Source: Candidatus Omnitrophota bacterium
GTDB lineage: Bacteria; Omnitrophota; Gorgyraeia; JABMRN01; RBG-13-46-9
Length of the DNA stretch: 49,885 nucleotides
Direction: 5' to 3'
Assembly (NCBI GenBank): GCA_013203315.1
Contig: JABMQJ010000005.1
Coordinates: 1-49,885, forward strand
The notes beneath the pieces were generated by a model. The model worked only from the letters and a program-made list of their open reading frames with translations, was not told where the DNA came from and made no database searches. This document shows, piece after piece, positions 46,580 to 49,885 of the stretch. How positions within the stretch are numbered: the first letter of the stretch is position 1; the number at the start of each line of letters is the position of its first letter. Both the position numbers and the translations under genes were made by a program.

Positions 46580-47689
46580 TTATCTCCTTCCGTATTTGCT
46601 TTTTATTTTAATCAATCTGTAAGTGTCGCGCGCAATTAAAAGTTCTTCGTTCGTGGGTATCGTCAAAAATTTTGTTTTTGTGCCGAGGATCGGCTTAAGC
46701 TCTCTTGCAAGCGCTTGTTTCAGCTCCGGCATTTTCTCGCCAATCCCACCCGTAAGAATAACCGCGTCCAATCCCTTCATGACGGCCGCATACGCACCTA
46801 TATATTTTCTAATGCGATATGCGAATATGTCATAGGCAAGACGCGCCCTTTTCTTACCCTTCCTAATATAGCAAAGAATATCTCTCATGTCATTACTTAT
46901 TCCGGAAACACCAAGAAGACCGCTTTCCTTATTAAGAAGTTCTTCCACCCTGCTTACGCTTAAATTCTCTTTTTTCATGAGAAACGGAACTATGGCCGGA
47001 TCCATGTCTCCTGAGCGCGTTCCCATTAAAAGTCCTTCAAGCGGCGTAAGGCCCATTGTTGTATCCACGGACTTTCCATTTAAAACGGCCGTCATGCTGC
47101 ATCCGTTGCCGAGATGCGCTGTTATTATTTTCAATTTTCCGAGAGGTTTTTTTAATTTCTTCGCCGCCTCATTAGCTACGAATCTATGGCTCGTGCCATG
47201 GAACCCATATCTTCTGATTTTATATTTTTTGTAAAACCTAAAAGGTATGCCATAGATATAGGCGTGGGGCGGTATTGATTGATGAAACGCAGTGTCAAAA
47301 ACCGCAACTTGGCGTATTCCGGGAAAAAGTTTGCTGCAGGCCTTTATGCCGGAAAGGGACGGCGGATTGTGTAGGGGCGCCAGTTCGATCATTTTCTCGA
47401 TTGATTTTATTACCGGTTTTTTTATTATAACTGCTTCGCCAAAATTTTCCCCGCCGTGGACAACCCTGTGGCCTATCCCTACTATATCGCCTACGGATTT
47501 TAGAATAGGCTTCCTCCCGGACAAAAGCTCTTCCTTTATGAGAGCCATGGCCCGGTAGTGGTTTTTACATTTGGAATTTTTTTGCCCTATTCTTTCAATA
47601 ACTCCTTTTGCCAAGGGTTTCCCGAAATTTATGTTAAAGAGCTGATATTTGGCAGAAGAACTGCCACAATTTATAACAAGTATTAACAC
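46580..47689 (-). CDS. ackA: Acetate kinase
   Basis: INCGSSS.KY, GHRVVHGG, APLHN, FDTAFH, YGFHGTSH, HLGNGCS, GTRSGD, TNEE. Confidence 0.95.
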   Translation of the reverse strand: MLILVINCGSSSAKYQLFNINFGKPLAKGVIERIGQKNSKCKNHYRAMALIKEELLSGRKPILKSVGDIVGIGHRVVHGGENFGEAVIIKKPVIKSIEKMIELAPLHNPPSLSGIKACSKLFPGIRQVAVFDTAFHQSIPPHAYIYGIPFRFYKKYKIRRYGFHGTSHRFVANEAAKKLKKPLGKLKIITAHLGNGCSMTAVLNGKSVDTTMGLTPLEGLLMGTRSGDMDPAIVPFLMKKENLSVSRVEELLNKESGLLGVSGISNDMRDILCYIRKGKKRARLAYDIFAYRIRKYIGAYAAVMKGLDAVILTGGIGEKMPELKQALARELKPILGTKTKFLTIPTNEELLIARDTYRLIKIKSKYGRR

Positions 47690-47692
47690 GTC

Positions 47693-48697
47693 TTATTCCT
47701 CTTGCGCCCTTATAACCGTTGCAACGCAAGTATCGATAATTTCTTCAAGGCCGCATCCGCGTGAGAGATCGCTTGCCGGCCTATTCAGGCCCTGTAAGAG
47801 CGGCCCTACTACCCGGGCCCTTCCCAGGCGCTGTACCAGTTTATAAGAAATGTTGCCCGCATCCAGATTTGGAAATATTAAAACGTTTGCTTTTCCCGCA
47901 ACACGGCTTCCCGGTGCTTTTATTTTAGCTACTTCGGGTACAATGGCCGCATCAAGCTGCAGCTCGCCGTCAACTAACAATCCGGGCGCCTTTTTTCTTA
48001 TTATTTCGAGTGCTTTTAAAACTTTGTCTACGGAATCTCCGCGCGCACTTCCCTTTGTCGAATAACTGAGCAACGCAACGCGCGCCTTTTGTTTAAAAAA
48101 TTCTTCATAAAGCCGGCTTGAAGAAATAGCTATGCCGGCAAGCCTTTCAGGGTTTGGGTCCGGCACGATACCGCAATCACCGAAAATAAAGATCCCGTTA
48201 TCTCCGTAAGTAGTGTCGTCGAGCTCAATTATAAAAGAACTCGACATCACCCCTATCTCTTTATCTAGTCCCAGGCCATAAAGCGCGGCCCTGGCTACAT
48301 TGGAAGTCGTGTGGCTTGCGCCGGCAACAAAGCCGTCCGCAGCCTCAATTCTTACTAAAAGAGACGCGAAATATATGCGGTTACCTAAAACCGCGCTCCT
48401 TGCATCGTCTTTTGTTATGCCCTTATGTTTTCTCGCCTTGTAAAATGCATCGACCAGTACCTCGCGCCTGGGGTATGTTCCGGGATCAATAATCTGAATT
48501 TTATCAAGTGAGATAGAGTTGCGTCTGGCGAGTGTTTCGATTTCGGCAGGGTTTCCGACTAATATTATTTTCGCCAGGCCCTTTGAAGTTAAAATGCTTG
48601 CGGCTTTAAGAATTCTTGGCTCGTCGCCTTCGGGAAGAACAATTTTTTTAGGGTTTTTTTTGGCGAGATCTTTTAGTTTTTCTATCCGGTTAGCCAT
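47693..48697 (-). CDS. pta: Phosphate acetyltransferase
   Basis: IVLPEG.E.R, LSYSTKGS, DGELQLDAA, FPNLDAGNI.YK, DLSRGC. Confidence 0.95.
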   Translation of the reverse strand: MANRIEKLKDLAKKNPKKIVLPEGDEPRILKAASILTSKGLAKIILVGNPAEIETLARRNSISLDKIQIIDPGTYPRREVLVDAFYKARKHKGITKDDARSAVLGNRIYFASLLVRIEAADGFVAGASHTTSNVARAALYGLGLDKEIGVMSSSFIIELDDTTYGDNGIFIFGDCGIVPDPNPERLAGIAISSSRLYEEFFKQKARVALLSYSTKGSARGDSVDKVLKALEIIRKKAPGLLVDGELQLDAAIVPEVAKIKAPGSRVAGKANVLIFPNLDAGNISYKLVQRLGRARVVGPLLQGLNRPASDLSRGCGLEEIIDTCVATVIRAQEE

Positions 48698-48703
48698 TCT
48701 TTA

Positions 48704-49186
48704 TTACTTGGAAAGTTTTATTTTTAGTTTTTTCGCCACGGAAGCCGGAACAAAACTTTTAACATCCGCGCCAAGGCTTACCGCTTCTTTAATCAATTTA
48801 CTCGAAAGATACGAGTAGCTATCGTTTGTCATCATAAAAATGGTTTCGATATCTTCTGATAATTTTCTGTTGGTAAGGGCCATTTGAAATTCGAATTCAA
48901 AGTCAGAAATCATGCGAAGGCCCCTTATGATAACGCAGGTTTTTTTTCTTTTCGCATGGTTAATAACAAGCCCCTTAAAATCCTCTATCTCTACATTCTT
49001 CAGGTGCCTGGTTGCGTTTTTTAACATAGAGACCCTCTCCTTTACGCTAAATAGAGGTTTTTTCTCCTTGCTGTGGGCGACACCTATAAAAACACAGTCG
49101 TAGATTCTGGAGGCCCTTTCCATAATGTCTAGGTGGCCGTATGTAACGGGGTCAAATGTCCCCGGATAAAGCGCTTTTCTGTTCAT
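48704..49186 (-). CDS. coaD: Phosphopantetheine adenylyltransferase
   Basis: YPGTFDPVTYGH, RGLR..SDFE.E, LSS..IKE. Confidence 0.96.
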   Translation of the reverse strand: MNRKALYPGTFDPVTYGHLDIMERASRIYDCVFIGVAHSKEKKPLFSVKERVSMLKNATRHLKNVEIEDFKGLVINHAKRKKTCVIIRGLRMISDFEFEFQMALTNRKLSEDIETIFMMTNDSYSYLSSKLIKEAVSLGADVKSFVPASVAKKLKIKLSK

Positions 49187-49188
49187 TG

Positions 49189-49749
49189 TTACCCTTCGTG
49201 CTTACGATAGAAAGATATTACGGTATCCCCATACTTCTTTTCTCTAAAAAGAAAAAGGTTATCCGTTTTTTCGGGCATAGCATCTTTCTTAAAATGCTCC
49301 GCTATGACCAAACTTTGAGGTGATAATATATCACAAGCGTCTATCTTTAGCAAGGAATTTCTGGCAAGTTCCTTATAGTAAGGGGGATCCAGGAATATTA
49401 TGTCGAATTTCCTGCTTTCTTTTCCAAATCCTGAAATTGACCTAACTGCATCTATCTTAAGGACTTCGGAAGATTGCGCCATTTTGACCAGCGCCGAGAG
49501 GTTGGACTTTATGATCTTTACGCAATTAATATTATCATCTACAAATACTGATAAGAGCGCTCCCCGCGAAAGCGCCTCTATGCCGAATGCGCCGCTACCG
49601 GCGTATAAATCGAGCACACTGCTTCCGGGAACGCGCTCGCGGATAATGTTGAATATGGCCTCGCGAACCCTGTCCTGCGTGGGCCGCACTTTAGCACCCT
49701 TCGGCATCTTTAAGATTCTGCCCCTATATTCTCCGGCTATTATTCGCAT
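49189..49749 (-). CDS. rsmD: 16S rRNA m2G966 methyltransferase
   Basis: MRIIAG..RG, RPT.DRVRE, DLYAGSG..GIEALSRG, DPPY, YGDT. Confidence 0.95.
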   Translation of the reverse strand: MRIIAGEYRGRILKMPKGAKVRPTQDRVREAIFNIIRERVPGSSVLDLYAGSGAFGIEALSRGALLSVFVDDNINCVKIIKSNLSALVKMAQSSEVLKIDAVRSISGFGKESRKFDIIFLDPPYYKELARNSLLKIDACDILSPQSLVIAEHFKKDAMPEKTDNLFLFREKKYGDTVISFYRKHEG

Positions 49750-49772
49750 TTTTGTTCGCTATTGTACCGTTT

Positions 49773-49885
49773 GCGATTTTCCGTTCAACCTGTCCCTAAT
49801 TCTGAGCGTAAAGGTGTCCCTTCTTTGTATTTCTATCGGGACATCTTTAATTTCAGAATTAGGGACGGGTTGCATTGGAAATCGC
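49773..49885. repeat. Long imperfect inverted repeat (REP/MITE-like)
   Basis: 49773-49805 pairs with 49853-49885; inner stem 49809-49820 pairs with 49838-49849. Confidence 0.75.

Noticed and set aside
46349-47689. Absence of yceD (DUF177) between ackA and rpmF; short AckA
   Set aside because: Ordinary lineage variation; all AckA catalytic motifs are present.
1-49885. CRISPR arrays, tRNA/rRNA genes, transposases
   Set aside because: No regularly spaced repeats, cloverleaf signatures or transposase motifs recognised by eye; tRNAscan and Rfam searches would be needed to exclude them fully.

Overview
Bacterial chromosomal segment of moderate GC, with most genes on the minus strand. The gene content (TIGR04073 protein, very large YD-like secreted proteins, PATR autotransporter) is compatible with a PVC-superphylum organism such as Omnitrophota; this is an inference. 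The right part (~32-50 kb) is mostly housekeeping: rsmD-coaD-pta-ackA-rpmF-plsX-fabH-fabD, dusB, a short pyruvate kinase, maf, rpsU and an RRM protein. The left ~31 kb is accessory. Its most striking element is a tightly packed 8-gene operon (14044->6332) behind a near-consensus sigma70 promoter. It encodes an Xis/MerR-like HTH protein, a PLP alpha-oxoamine synthase, a YnbC-like methyltransferase, a FabF-like ketosynthase, a 7TM-GAF histidine kinase, two stand-alone receiver proteins and a GAF-HD-GYP protein. The three enzymes and the kinase sensor domain form an AT-rich block inside a normal-GC frame. This suggests an undescribed lipid-signal (quorum-sensing-like) circuit with an exchangeable synthase+sensor cassette feeding cyclic-dinucleotide turnover. 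The operon is flanked by two paralogous giant secreted proteins, one missed by the ORF track. Next to it is an autotransporter+hydrolase cassette bracketed by a decayed duplicate of the HD-GYP 3' end. Also present are an arsM/metal cluster, a PEGA-GT2-glycoside hydrolase operon and a long inverted-repeat element at the right edge. No tRNA, rRNA, CRISPR array or transposase was recognised.
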